Source of the DNA: an uncultured Acidobacteriota bacterium
GTDB lineage: Bacteria > Acidobacteriota > Vicinamibacteria > Fen-336
Direction: 5' to 3'
DNA length: 44,758 nucleotides
NCBI GenBank assembly: GCA_964568755.1
Contig: CAZMRX010000003.1
Coordinates: 1-44,758, forward strand
In this document: in pieces, positions 32,593-40,226 of the stretch
How the letters are laid out: each line of letters begins with the position of its first letter
Position numbering within the stretch: position 1 is the first letter of the stretch
Position numbers and translations under genes: made by a program
The notes under the pieces: generated by a model
What the model saw: the letters and a program-made list of their open reading frames with translations, nothing else
Database searches by the model: none
Told to the model about the DNA's origin: nothing

Positions 32593-33341
32593 GGTGTTGC
32601 TCCGTGGCTCAGGTGGGTTTGCAGTTTGAGGACGAGGGCGAGCGCCTCGTTTCGTTCCGCCCGCGCCTGCTCCAGCTCCGCGCGCATGGCGTCTCGCTCC
32701 TGCTCGACCTCGTGCATGTCGCGGCACTCCATCGAGCAGTACCCGTCGTGGCGGAACTCGCCGATCGGCCCGTAGTGGCACTCGACGGGCCTGGCGCAAA
32801 TCCGCTGGCCGTTCTCCACGACGATCGGCCATCCGTGGTGGTCCCGCTTCGCGCGCGCTTCGTCGCCCGGGGCGGGGGAGGCGGACGGAGGCGTTGAGCA
32901 ATCCGGCCGAGACACCGAATCGAACGGCGTCTCCTTCGCCAAACCAGGCGAGCCGGTCGCGCTTGCTTGCGCTGGCGCCTCCGTCCGTTGTCGCTGTTCC
33001 GTGTTCTCGCCGCCCGCCGCGAGGGCGTCGAGCGCGTGCGCAAAGTTGAAGAGCGGCGTGGCTCGGATCAAGTCATGCTCGCGCTCTCCTCGTTCGCGCG
33101 CGGCGATCGCCGTGAGGCGGTAGGTGTCGGCTCGTGCCCGTGCCTCGGCGTCGCGCAGGGCGGACTCGATCAAGGCGCGGCTCTCGTGGGCATCCGCGTT
33201 GGATTGGCTCATCAGGCCCACTAGTCGCTCCGCCGTTTCGCGAGCCGCATGAGCGCGGCTTCGCGGTCCATCCAACCCGGCGCCGCAGTACGGGCAGAAC
33301 TCGCGCTTGCGTTTCGGCGGGGTGGGCGGGGGAAGGCTCAC
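32589..33341 (-). CDS. Hypothetical protein (250 aa) with an N-terminal CPYC zinc ribbon and a C-terminal Cys/His cluster
   Basis: GTG 33341 overlaps the stop of the 46-codon ORF (GTGA). The upstream part of track ORF 32589-33518 is repeat sequence read in a non-coding frame. Confidence 0.55.
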   Translation of the reverse strand: MSLPPPTPPKRKREFCPYCGAGLDGPRSRAHAARETAERLVGLMSQSNADAHESRALIESALRDAEARARADTYRLTAIAARERGEREHDLIRATPLFNFAHALDALAAGGENTEQRQRTEAPAQASATGSPGLAKETPFDSVSRPDCSTPPSASPAPGDEARAKRDHHGWPIVVENGQRICARPVECHYGPIGEFRHDGYCSMECRDMHEVEQERDAMRAELEQARAERNEALALVLKLQTHLSHGATP

Positions 33342-33478
33342 GGAAGCACCTGCCCGATCGCCGGGCACGAGAGCTGGCGCCCAGGCCCCATCACCTGGAA
33401 CGCCGTCGTCATGCCGAGCAGCGCGAGATCGTTCGGCACCTGCACCTCGAGCTCCTGCGTGGGCAGGTAGAGCGCCAT
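33338..33478 (-). CDS. 46-codon ORF starting with the duplicated MALYLPTQEL leader (possible gene remnant)
   Basis: The start lies in repeat copy 2 at the same TGATG junction as in copy 1. It diverges after codon 10. Confidence 0.35.
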   Translation of the reverse strand: MALYLPTQELEVQVPNDLALLGMTTAFQVMGPGRQLSCPAIGQVLP

Positions 33479-33871
33479 CAGCGGCCCCCGAACCTCTTGG
33501 CGTCCGGGCAGTCCGCATGGTGCGCGCCCATGTAGACCTGCGAACCGTCGCGGCGCGAGAGCGCCTCGGAGAGCGGCATCCGCTTCGTGGTGCCGTCCTT
33601 CTTCTCGATCACGACCCAGTAGATGGCCGCCCCGCACCCCGAGCAGTTGCTTTGCCGGTCGCGGGCAAAGCACGACCTCGAGAAGATCCTTGCCGGTCTC
33701 GTCTGTCCGCGGAACGAGCGAGCACTCGAGGGTGACGCTGCGCGCCTTGGCGAGGCTCGGTCTATCGCGGCAGTCCGCTTCACAGCGGCGCAGCGCGTGC
33801 TCGAAGGCGACGCCGACTCGGCCGTCGTCGATGGTGGAGAGGCAGGCGAGGTCGAAGGGCTGGAGAGCCAT
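33338..33871 (-). CDS. Hypothetical protein whose native coding signal covers only ~69 codons (33871 to ~33664), after which the open frame runs out of frame through repeat copy 2
   Basis: The sequence MALQPFDLACLSTIDDGRVGVAFEHALRRCEADCRDRP... has good codon bias up to the repeat boundary. From there the ORF product turns Arg/Gly/His-rich (..GGHLLGRDREEGRHHEAD..), which is typical of a wrong frame. Confidence 0.5.
   Translation of the reverse strand: MALQPFDLACLSTIDDGRVGVAFEHALRRCEADCRDRPSLAKARSVTLECSLVPRTDETGKDLLEVVLCPRPAKQLLGVRGGHLLGRDREEGRHHEADAALRGALAPRRFAGLHGRAPCGLPGRQEVRGPLMALYLPTQELEVQVPNDLALLGMTTAFQVMGPGRQLSCPAIGQVLP
33448..33663. repeat. 216-bp perfect direct repeat, copy 2
   Basis: See copy 1 (31949-32164). 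Confidence 0.9.
33478..33663 (-). pseudogene. Duplicated 3' portion of the zinc-finger gene without an in-frame start of its own
   Basis: It encodes RDRQSNCSGCGAAIYW...KRFGGR, identical to 31979-32164. Upstream of the repeat boundary this frame has poorer codon bias and no convincing initiator. The upstream gene enters the repeat shifted by one nucleotide. Confidence 0.5.
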
Positions 33872-33878
33872 AGGGGTT

Positions 33879-34154
33879 TCAGGGCTTGGGGTCTGGGGGT
33901 AGGGCTTGGGTCGTTCCTGCCGGCGCGGGGGCGATTGCCCCGCCCAGCGCGTCCTTGATCGTGATGCGTCCGCGCATCATCAGCGACGGTCCGCCGAGCC
34001 CGGCCGGGCCCAGCGGGATCGCCACCAGCATGTCGGCCCCGTTCATCAGGAGGCGTTGCGCGTGCGGGGGGATCTCCACGACCACGCCGATGGTCTCGTG
34101 GCCCGCCGCGTCCGTCGTCAGCGAGGCGTCGCCGAGTCGGGCGTTGATCTTCAT
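33879..34154 (-). CDS. Hypothetical protein (91 aa)
   Basis: ATG ORF with normal composition. Confidence 0.55.
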   Translation of the reverse strand: MKINARLGDASLTTDAAGHETIGVVVEIPPHAQRLLMNGADMLVAIPLGPAGLGGPSLMMRGRITIKDALGGAIAPAPAGTTQALPPDPKP

Positions 34155-34200
34155 GGGGTTGAGCGCCGCGAGGCGGGCCTCGGCTCGAGAAGCCCCGTCA

Positions 34201-34572
34201 TCAGGGAATCCTCCAGAGGTTCATGCCAGGGGGGAGGTCGGGAGGCGCGCTCGGCGGCTGCTTGAAGAAGCCCTCGGAGGCGTTGGCCTGCATCGTCTCC
34301 TTGATGAGGTCGAACAGGCGCACCCACTCGACGGCCGAGTAGGTGCCGGCCTCGAGCGACTGCGCATAGGTCCGCGCCTCGATCTCGTCCGCGAAGAAGG
34401 TGGCGAGCTCGAGCGACTTGTAGGCGACCGTGCCGTGCGCCCGCGACACCAGGAAGCGGCGGTCGCGCGTGCGCAGCACCCAAAGGCGCTGTGCCACGCG
34501 CACGGTCATGGTCAGCAGGCCCAGCGTGATGAAGCGGGGTCCTAGCGGCTGGGCTTTCTCGGCGATGTCCAT
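34201..34572 (-). CDS. Hypothetical protein (123 aa)
   Basis: ATG ORF (MDIAEKAQPLGPRFITLG...). No SD visible. Confidence 0.6.
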   Translation of the reverse strand: MDIAEKAQPLGPRFITLGLLTMTVRVAQRLWVLRTRDRRFLVSRAHGTVAYKSLELATFFADEIEARTYAQSLEAGTYSAVEWVRLFDLIKETMQANASEGFFKQPPSAPPDLPPGMNLWRIP

Positions 34573-34684
34573 TGGTGGTGGTGGGTTGGTGGAAGAGGAA
34601 GGAGAGGGCCCAGGCTAAGGGCCCTCGGCCGCGGGGAGGAGGGTACGCGGCGAGGAACAACCGAAGGCCCTCTCCTTTGTCGGG
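34573..34684 (-). promoter_or_regulatory. Structured 112-nt intergenic spacer with mutually exclusive stems
   Basis: ggagagggcc (34601-34610) is perfectly complementary to ggccctctcc (34666-34675). agggccc (34605-34611) can instead pair with gggccct (34619-34625). An inner stem, cctcggccgcg/cgcggcgagg (34623-34655), is also present. Confidence 0.4.
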
Positions 34685-35818
34685 TCAGCGAATGCCGTCG
34701 TCCACGAGCGTGTGGACGCGGCCATCGTGGATCATCGCCAAAAACTCGTCGGCCTGGGCGCCGGTCATCTTGGCACCCTTGCCTAGTCCGCAGCGCTTGC
34801 GGTACTCGTGAACGTGCGCCTCGGCGATCTTGCCATCGACCACGGCGGCCTGGATCGCCTGATTCTGCGCGCCAGTGATCCACGGCTCAACGACGCGCTG
34901 GACCTCGGCCGGCGTCTCGACGGCGGCGGCCACCTTGGCCTTCAATCCCTCGACGATGGACTGGCCTTCGATCGAGGCCCCGCTCTTGAGCGCGAAGAAG
35001 TCCTCGCGCGCAGCCTGGCCCTGGTCGATCGCGGTCTTGATGCCGCGCAGGGTGGTCAACTCCTCGGCCGAGAGCACATCGAGCGGGTGCCCGAGGAAGC
35101 CCTCGACGAGCTCGGGCGTCACGCCCAGCTTCCCAAACTCGAACAGCATGCGGTGTGTGGCGTCCTGGCGGTTCTCGCGCAGCGCCTTCTCGGCCACGGC
35201 GCGCTTCGTCTGCGCGCAGGTCGCCAGGGCCTTGTCCACCACGTCCGGCGGGATCAGCGCGAGCAGGGCGTTGCGCACGAGCAGCCCGCCCCAGCGCGCG
35301 GTCATCTCGCGCAGCTCGCGCTCGTCCTCGGTGAGGATCCATTCGGTGGCCTGGCCGGTCTTGCGGCTCTTGCGCTGGATCTTCTTCGAGAAGGTGTGCT
35401 CGTAGGCGCACATCACGTTGGTCTGGAGGTCGTGCGCCCAGCCGCGCACCTGGCGCTTCTCGGGCGAGTCCTCGATCACGTCGATGGCGTAGCGTAGGTT
35501 CCCCCACTGAGCGGCCAGGAAGCGCGCGAAGGTGGCGCTCGGGCCCGTGACGCGCTCGCCCGCGCGCGGGAAGTCGTAGATGCTCTCTTCGGCGAGGGCC
35601 GGGCGCTGGCACGCAGCGGCGATCCGCTGCACGCACGCAAACTCGTCCCGCGGGCGCGACTGCGCGGCGGTGACCATGGCTCCGATGGTCCCGAGCTCGC
35701 GCGCCGCGGCGGCGACTTGATTCGGGCTCTGCATCTGCAAACCGCTGTTCGGACTGGTGAAGCCCCAGCTCTCGGCGCTGTCCAGGCGCTCGGGCTCGAG
35801 GGCGGTCGCTTCGGTCAT
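34685..35818 (-). CDS. Single-strand annealing protein-like recombinase (377 aa), tentative
   Basis: The ATG at 35818 lies inside track ORF 34685-36430, directly downstream of the PD-(D/E)XK exonuclease gene, which is the usual RecE/RecT or Exo/Beta arrangement. The core segment ..SIYDFPRAGERVTGPSATFARFLAAQWGN.. is loosely Red-beta/RecT-like. Confidence 0.45.
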   Translation of the reverse strand: MTEATALEPERLDSAESWGFTSPNSGLQMQSPNQVAAAARELGTIGAMVTAAQSRPRDEFACVQRIAAACQRPALAEESIYDFPRAGERVTGPSATFARFLAAQWGNLRYAIDVIEDSPEKRQVRGWAHDLQTNVMCAYEHTFSKKIQRKSRKTGQATEWILTEDERELREMTARWGGLLVRNALLALIPPDVVDKALATCAQTKRAVAEKALRENRQDATHRMLFEFGKLGVTPELVEGFLGHPLDVLSAEELTTLRGIKTAIDQGQAAREDFFALKSGASIEGQSIVEGLKAKVAAAVETPAEVQRVVEPWITGAQNQAIQAAVVDGKIAEAHVHEYRKRCGLGKGAKMTGAQADEFLAMIHDGRVHTLVDDGIR

Positions 35819-35850
35819 GGGCGTGGCTTTCGGTTGTTGTTGGGGGAGAG

Positions 35851-36684
35851 TCAGATGCCGAGCCCGAGAAGGTCGAGCTCGTGCCAGGCGGGGAGACCGA
35901 TCGGCATCACGATGCCGCTGCGGTCCTCCCAGGTGTTCGTCTTCACGCAGCGGACGTACAACTCGAGCAGCTTCTCGTACTCGATGCGGCCCTTGACGAT
36001 GGCTTCCTGCGAGAGGTGGTACACGGCCGAGGCGTAGGGCGCGGACTGCTCGTAGACCACGAACAGCCAGGTCTCGAAGCGCCGGCCGGTCGCCAGCGTC
36101 AACCCGTCGCAGTAGAAGGCCGCCTGAAGGTGCAGGCTGTAGCTGGAGATGGTGCGCGCGAAGGCGTGCGGGCTGCTCTCGCCGGTCGTGCTCTTGATGT
36201 CCACGATGATCCCCTCGTCGGCGAGCACGCGGTCCGCGCGGCCCTTGCAGCGCACGCCGGTGGCGGGGTGCCGCCAGAAAAAGGAGAGCTCGTTCTGCCC
36301 CTTGGCGTCCTCGAGCAGCACGCGCACGTTGGGGCGCGAGCGCACCGATTCGGCCAGCTCCTTCGTGGCGCGCCCCTGGTCCTCGGTGAGGCAGGTCCGC
36401 TCGGTGATGGTGTCGCGCCATTCCTTCCACACCTTCGTGCGCCGGTCGGACGTGGGCCCGATCGCGTAGGCGCGCTCGAAGCGCTCGGGTTCGAGGATCG
36501 CACAGTGCGCGGCCTTGCCGGCCAGCATGGCGTCCGTCTCTTCCTGCGGGTTCTTGCGCCGGTGGCGCAGGTGCAGGGGCGAGCGCGCGAGCTCGAGCAG
36601 GTCGGAGCGGCTGATGGCGTCGCTCTTGAGGTAGGTGGCGAAGTCGAGGTCGGGGGCGGTGCCCTGTTCAGGGATCAGATCCAA
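35851..36684 (-). CDS. PD-(D/E)XK exonuclease (RecE/YqaJ/exonuclease VIII-like, 277 aa)
   Basis: The motifs ..GKAAHCAILEP.. and ..KGRADRVLADEGIIVDIKST.. give the D...D/E-x-K signature. The proposed TTG start at 36684 is preceded by AAGGAGGAG. The upstream part of the track ORF is junk. Confidence 0.7.
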   Translation of the reverse strand: MDLIPEQGTAPDLDFATYLKSDAISRSDLLELARSPLHLRHRRKNPQEETDAMLAGKAAHCAILEPERFERAYAIGPTSDRRTKVWKEWRDTITERTCLTEDQGRATKELAESVRSRPNVRVLLEDAKGQNELSFFWRHPATGVRCKGRADRVLADEGIIVDIKSTTGESSPHAFARTISSYSLHLQAAFYCDGLTLATGRRFETWLFVVYEQSAPYASAVYHLSQEAIVKGRIEYEKLLELYVRCVKTNTWEDRSGIVMPIGLPAWHELDLLGLGI

Positions 36685-36941
36685 AGTTGCTCCTCCTTGA
36701 GGTTCACGACGCGCGCGAGGTAGGCGCCCAGGGAGCGGTCCACAGGACCGCGGCACCCACGCGCGTCGCATTGGCGGTAGAGGTAGGCAAGGCATGGGAT
36801 CTTGGGCGCGGTCAGCCCTTGCGACTGGGCCTCTTCGGCCAGCTCGATAAGCTCCTCGCGGATCTCACGCATCGACAGGCGCAGCGCCCGACGACGCCGG
36901 GCAAACACCCCGCGGTTCCAAGCCTTGCGGTCTGAGCGCAT
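36675..36941 (-). CDS. Small basic protein (88 aa), first gene of the 36.9->23.2 kb leftward operon; possible DNA-binding regulator
   Basis: ATG ORF with good codon bias. An HTH-like stretch (FARRRRALRLSMREIREEL) and its position next to a divergent spacer suggest a regulator. Confidence 0.5.
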   Translation of the reverse strand: MRSDRKAWNRGVFARRRRALRLSMREIREELIELAEEAQSQGLTAPKIPCLAYLYRQCDARGCRGPVDRSLGAYLARVVNLKEEQLWI

Positions 36942-37189
36942 GGCCTCATCCTGCCGCGCGACGGAGGCCTTTTCTACTCATTTTCGCCTTTCGCTCGGCG
37001 CCTCCTCTTGCTCGGGCCCGGCCCCTGCGGCAGCGTGGCGCCTTCTTCTCCCCCCTCGGCGGGGCGTGGGAGGACGGCGCGCGCGCGCGACGGACGGCTA
37101 CCAGACCGCGCGGGCGCCTTCCAACCGAGGCGTGAGCCTCGACCGCGCCGCGGGGGGAGGCCCCCACTTCTTCCATTCGGAGCCTCCCG
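36942..37189. promoter_or_regulatory. Divergent intergenic region between the leftward operon and the inverted 769-aa gene
   Basis: A 248-nt non-coding gap containing a T-rich patch (ccttttctactcattttcgcctttcgc). GGAG lies 7 nt before ATG 37190. Confidence 0.45.
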
Positions 37190-39499
37190 ATGTCGTTCAA
37201 GTTCCAGATCCCGAACCCCCCGCTGGACCGCCCCTTCGTCGCGCGCGTTGTCACCAGCCGCTACGGGATCAACGCGCCGGGCACGATCGTGAACGAGGTC
37301 CCGGTCACGGGGGTGCGCTTCGCCGAGGCGCTGGACGAGGACTACGCCCAGTATCGCACGCTGGGCGCGTGGCAGAACGCGGCCGTCGCCACCGAACTGA
37401 TCGAGCTCGCGCAGACGGTCCCCGCCGGCACGACCGAGGTGAACGTGGACAACTACGTGCAGCCGGACGAGTGGGGTGCCGAGAAGGTGCCCTCGTTCGC
37501 CCACAGGATCGAGCGCGCGCTGCGCATCCCCAACAAGATCCGCCTGCGCTGGGAGAACACGAACTCCGGCGCGTCGGAGACTCTCTCGCTGACGGGGCGC
37601 TCCGCGATCGGCTCTCCGCGCTCGGGGCGCTACGTGCGCACTAACGCCTTTCACGAGAACACCCTCAACTTCGGCTCGGTTCACTTCTGGTTCACGCTCT
37701 CCGAGTACGACCCGCGCCTGTTCCTCACGATCAACTGGCACAACGGCATCCCGCGGAGCGACATCCTCTTCAACTCGCTCCAGCTCCTTCTCCCGGCCGG
37801 CTGGAAGTGGAAGCCGGTCATCGCCGAAGACCGCGCCTACGACATCGCCGGCAACTACCTCGCGCGCCCGACGGATCCAGTCACGGGCGTGCTGGTCAAC
37901 CACATGCTCGGCAAGCGCTGCGAGCGCCCCTTCCGTGTGGTGATCTACCTCGAGGACCAGGGCGAGCCGGCGGTCACTTACGACGACGGGCTGGGCTACC
38001 GCAACACCGACAGCGACGCGGGCGATCCTCCCTACTTCGGCCCGAGCGCGGTCCGCTTCCCTTCGCTCGCCTACATGGCGGGTCTCGCGGCCAACGTCGA
38101 AGCCTCCTACCAGGCGCAGAAGGGCTACCTCTTCAACCTGACGAACGACCCTGAGCTGTCCGCGCGCACTCCGCAGAACTACCTGTTCCCGACGCTCGGC
38201 GACACCTACGGCGGTGTGTCCGGCGGCCTGGGGATAGACTGGCACAACGGCTGTCGCTGGCTCGGATCCAAGGCCCCGAACGGGCTCATGCTCCACTACA
38301 TCCAGCAGCTCCGCTGGCGCTCGCGCCCGAGCGGAGCGATGTACTGCGATGTCGTCAACGGCGTGGTGACCAGGCCGGGCGAGCCCTGCACTCCCGAGGC
38401 GAACCTTACGGCCGGCTTCGCGCCCTGGTACCTCGGCGTCTTCCGGCGCTTCGTGGGCGGCAACCCAGTGAAGGACCAACCCTGGAACTGGCGCACGTAC
38501 CCGCGCCCTGCCGGCCCGTTCTCGTATCAGAACTCGATCGACACCGACGGATTCAACGGTGGCTGGGACCCCGTGGACGACCAGCACTACATCCGCGCGA
38601 TGCGCGACAATATCGCGCTCGCCTACATCGCGGCCGACGACTTGGCCATCCTCTACCTGACGGTGGACGCCGAGCTCGCGCGCATGATCGCCTGGAACAA
38701 GCCGGGGGCAGGGAGGGCACTCTTCGACGTGGGCACTCCAAACCTCGGCGTCGGCTGGGGTCGCGGCCAGGGCTGGTCTCTCTGGCTCGTGGCGGCGGCC
38801 GGGCTCTTCTCCACAGGCACGGCGCGCGGCACGCGGTTGAAGGCGTGGGCGTCGTACGTCTGTCGCCAGCGCAGCCGCGCCAAGATGCCGAGCGGGCTGA
38901 TGTTGGCCTCCAATGCCTCGGCCAAGGCTCAGACCGCGCCGCCGTTCGGGGACAACACCACGGCCGACTACTACGTCGCGCAGAACTTCGAGGAGATCAT
39001 CATGACCTCGGGGATGTGGGCGACCTCGCGGGTCTTCGGCGAGTTCACCTACGAGGGGGGCGTCACCTTGATGTCGCAGCTTATCGGGGGAGTCGTGAAC
39101 GGCATGCGCGACCTTGCCTGGCACACTGACGCCGATGGAGTCTCGATCACGGGCACGAGCCACAAGGGCCCATGGAAGCGCTACCCGCTGGACGTGAACC
39201 CGAGCGCCGGCCCGCGCTACACGAACCGGCTCGACTTCGTTCCGCAGAACATCTGCGTGGTCGATCCCGAGGGGGACCCCGGGTACGACAACACTCTCGA
39301 CTCCTTCTATATCGGCCAGGTGATCGGCATGCTCGGTGGGAGCTCCATCGACATGATCTGCTTCAACCGCATGATGGGCCTCAACGGGCAAAGCCTGGCG
39401 ACGTGCCAGGCCGCGCTCCAGGCGGTCGGCGTGCAGTTCAGCGGTGGAGGCTCGAAGATCGAGACCTTCCTGCCGCTACTCCAGACCGACCCGAGCTAG
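37190..39499 (+). CDS. Large orphan rightward gene (769 aa); candidate glycan-degrading / receptor-binding (tailspike-like) protein
   Basis: Clean ATG ORF with SD. The product is Trp/Tyr/Gly/Asn-rich and enzyme-like (..GIDWHNGCRW.., ..DDQHYIRAMRDNIALAY.., ..GWGRGQGWSLWL..), suggestive of an alpha/alpha-toroid polysaccharide lyase or hydrolase. Functional call is weak. Confidence 0.75.
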   Translation: MSFKFQIPNPPLDRPFVARVVTSRYGINAPGTIVNEVPVTGVRFAEALDEDYAQYRTLGAWQNAAVATELIELAQTVPAGTTEVNVDNYVQPDEWGAEKVPSFAHRIERALRIPNKIRLRWENTNSGASETLSLTGRSAIGSPRSGRYVRTNAFHENTLNFGSVHFWFTLSEYDPRLFLTINWHNGIPRSDILFNSLQLLLPAGWKWKPVIAEDRAYDIAGNYLARPTDPVTGVLVNHMLGKRCERPFRVVIYLEDQGEPAVTYDDGLGYRNTDSDAGDPPYFGPSAVRFPSLAYMAGLAANVEASYQAQKGYLFNLTNDPELSARTPQNYLFPTLGDTYGGVSGGLGIDWHNGCRWLGSKAPNGLMLHYIQQLRWRSRPSGAMYCDVVNGVVTRPGEPCTPEANLTAGFAPWYLGVFRRFVGGNPVKDQPWNWRTYPRPAGPFSYQNSIDTDGFNGGWDPVDDQHYIRAMRDNIALAYIAADDLAILYLTVDAELARMIAWNKPGAGRALFDVGTPNLGVGWGRGQGWSLWLVAAAGLFSTGTARGTRLKAWASYVCRQRSRAKMPSGLMLASNASAKAQTAPPFGDNTTADYYVAQNFEEIIMTSGMWATSRVFGEFTYEGGVTLMSQLIGGVVNGMRDLAWHTDADGVSITGTSHKGPWKRYPLDVNPSAGPRYTNRLDFVPQNICVVDPEGDPGYDNTLDSFYIGQVIGMLGGSSIDMICFNRMMGLNGQSLATCQAALQAVGVQFSGGGSKIETFLPLLQTDPS

Positions 39500-39705
39500 C
39501 GCTTCGACTGCGGCCGAGCCCACAAGGCGCCGTCGATGGCGTCCTTGTCGGTCGGCTGCGGGTTGTACCAGTCGGGGATGTAGAGCACCTCACCCTCCCG
39601 GTATTCCTGGCGGCAGCAGCAGCACGTCCCGCGCGCGGCCCGCGGCAACTCGCTCACGGTCGGCACGCACCAGTCCCGAGTCTTGGCGCATCCGTGGCAG
39701 ATCAT
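39496..39705 (-). CDS. Small Cys-rich protein (69 aa)
   Basis: The ATG at 39705 lies inside track ORF 39496-40422. Sequence: MICHGCAKTRDWC...GTCCCCRQEY.. The stop overlaps the stop of the convergent 769-aa gene (CTAG, 39496-39499). Confidence 0.55.
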   Translation of the reverse strand: MICHGCAKTRDWCVPTVSELPRAARGTCCCCRQEYREGEVLYIPDWYNPQPTDKDAIDGALWARPQSKR

Positions 39706-39710
39706 CCGAG

Positions 39711-40226
39711 TCACGGCGCGGCCTCGGCTTCCTTGGCCACCCGGCGCGCGGCTTCCTTGCGCAGCTCGTGCCGGAGCTGCTCGATGCCTTCCTCGAGCGT
39801 GCCACCCAGCATCCAGGGGGGCGGGTCGATGAACTCCTCGCGCTGGCGCGGACGGGCCAGCACCACGTAGAGCTCGATGCCGTTCGTGGGCCGCAGGACC
39901 AGCACGAGCCGGCAGAAGGTCTCGGGCATCGGCAAAAAGCCGGGCAGCTCGAGCTGGCCGCGGCTGGCGAGCACCACGATCTCGACCTGCTGGCCGTCGA
40001 GGAGCCCGACGCCTGGGCCGCGGACCCGGAACGAGAAGCCCGCGGCGCAGAGCGCGACCGCGAGCGCGTCGGCCGCCATCGTGACGGCGCACTCGTCCGC
40101 TTCGCTCACCCCGCGGAGGTACGCGAAGCGGCAGTCCGTCCAGGGGTCGGGCTCGGCCGCCTGCGCCTGTAGGAGCGCCATGGCGTGGAACGCCAGGCGC
40201 GGGAGCTCGTCGGCGCCCGCGCTCAC
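39711..40226 (-). CDS. Hypothetical protein (171 aa)
   Basis: I preferred GTG 40226, which overlaps the GroES-like stop (GTGA), over the track start at 40244. Confidence 0.55.
   Translation of the reverse strand: MSAGADELPRLAFHAMALLQAQAAEPDPWTDCRFAYLRGVSEADECAVTMAADALAVALCAAGFSFRVRGPGVGLLDGQQVEIVVLASRGQLELPGFLPMPETFCRLVLVLRPTNGIELYVVLARPRQREEFIDPPPWMLGGTLEEGIEQLRHELRKEAARRVAKEAEAAP

Noticed and set aside
30907-33518. Two long minus-strand ORFs (30907-32019 and 32589-33518) that both begin MRTARTPRGSGAADGALPAHAGAR, suggesting a duplicated protein N-terminus.
   Set aside because: The shared peptide is simply the 216-bp repeat read in a non-coding frame. The real coding frames in the repeat are the zinc-finger 3' end and the MALYLPTQEL start.
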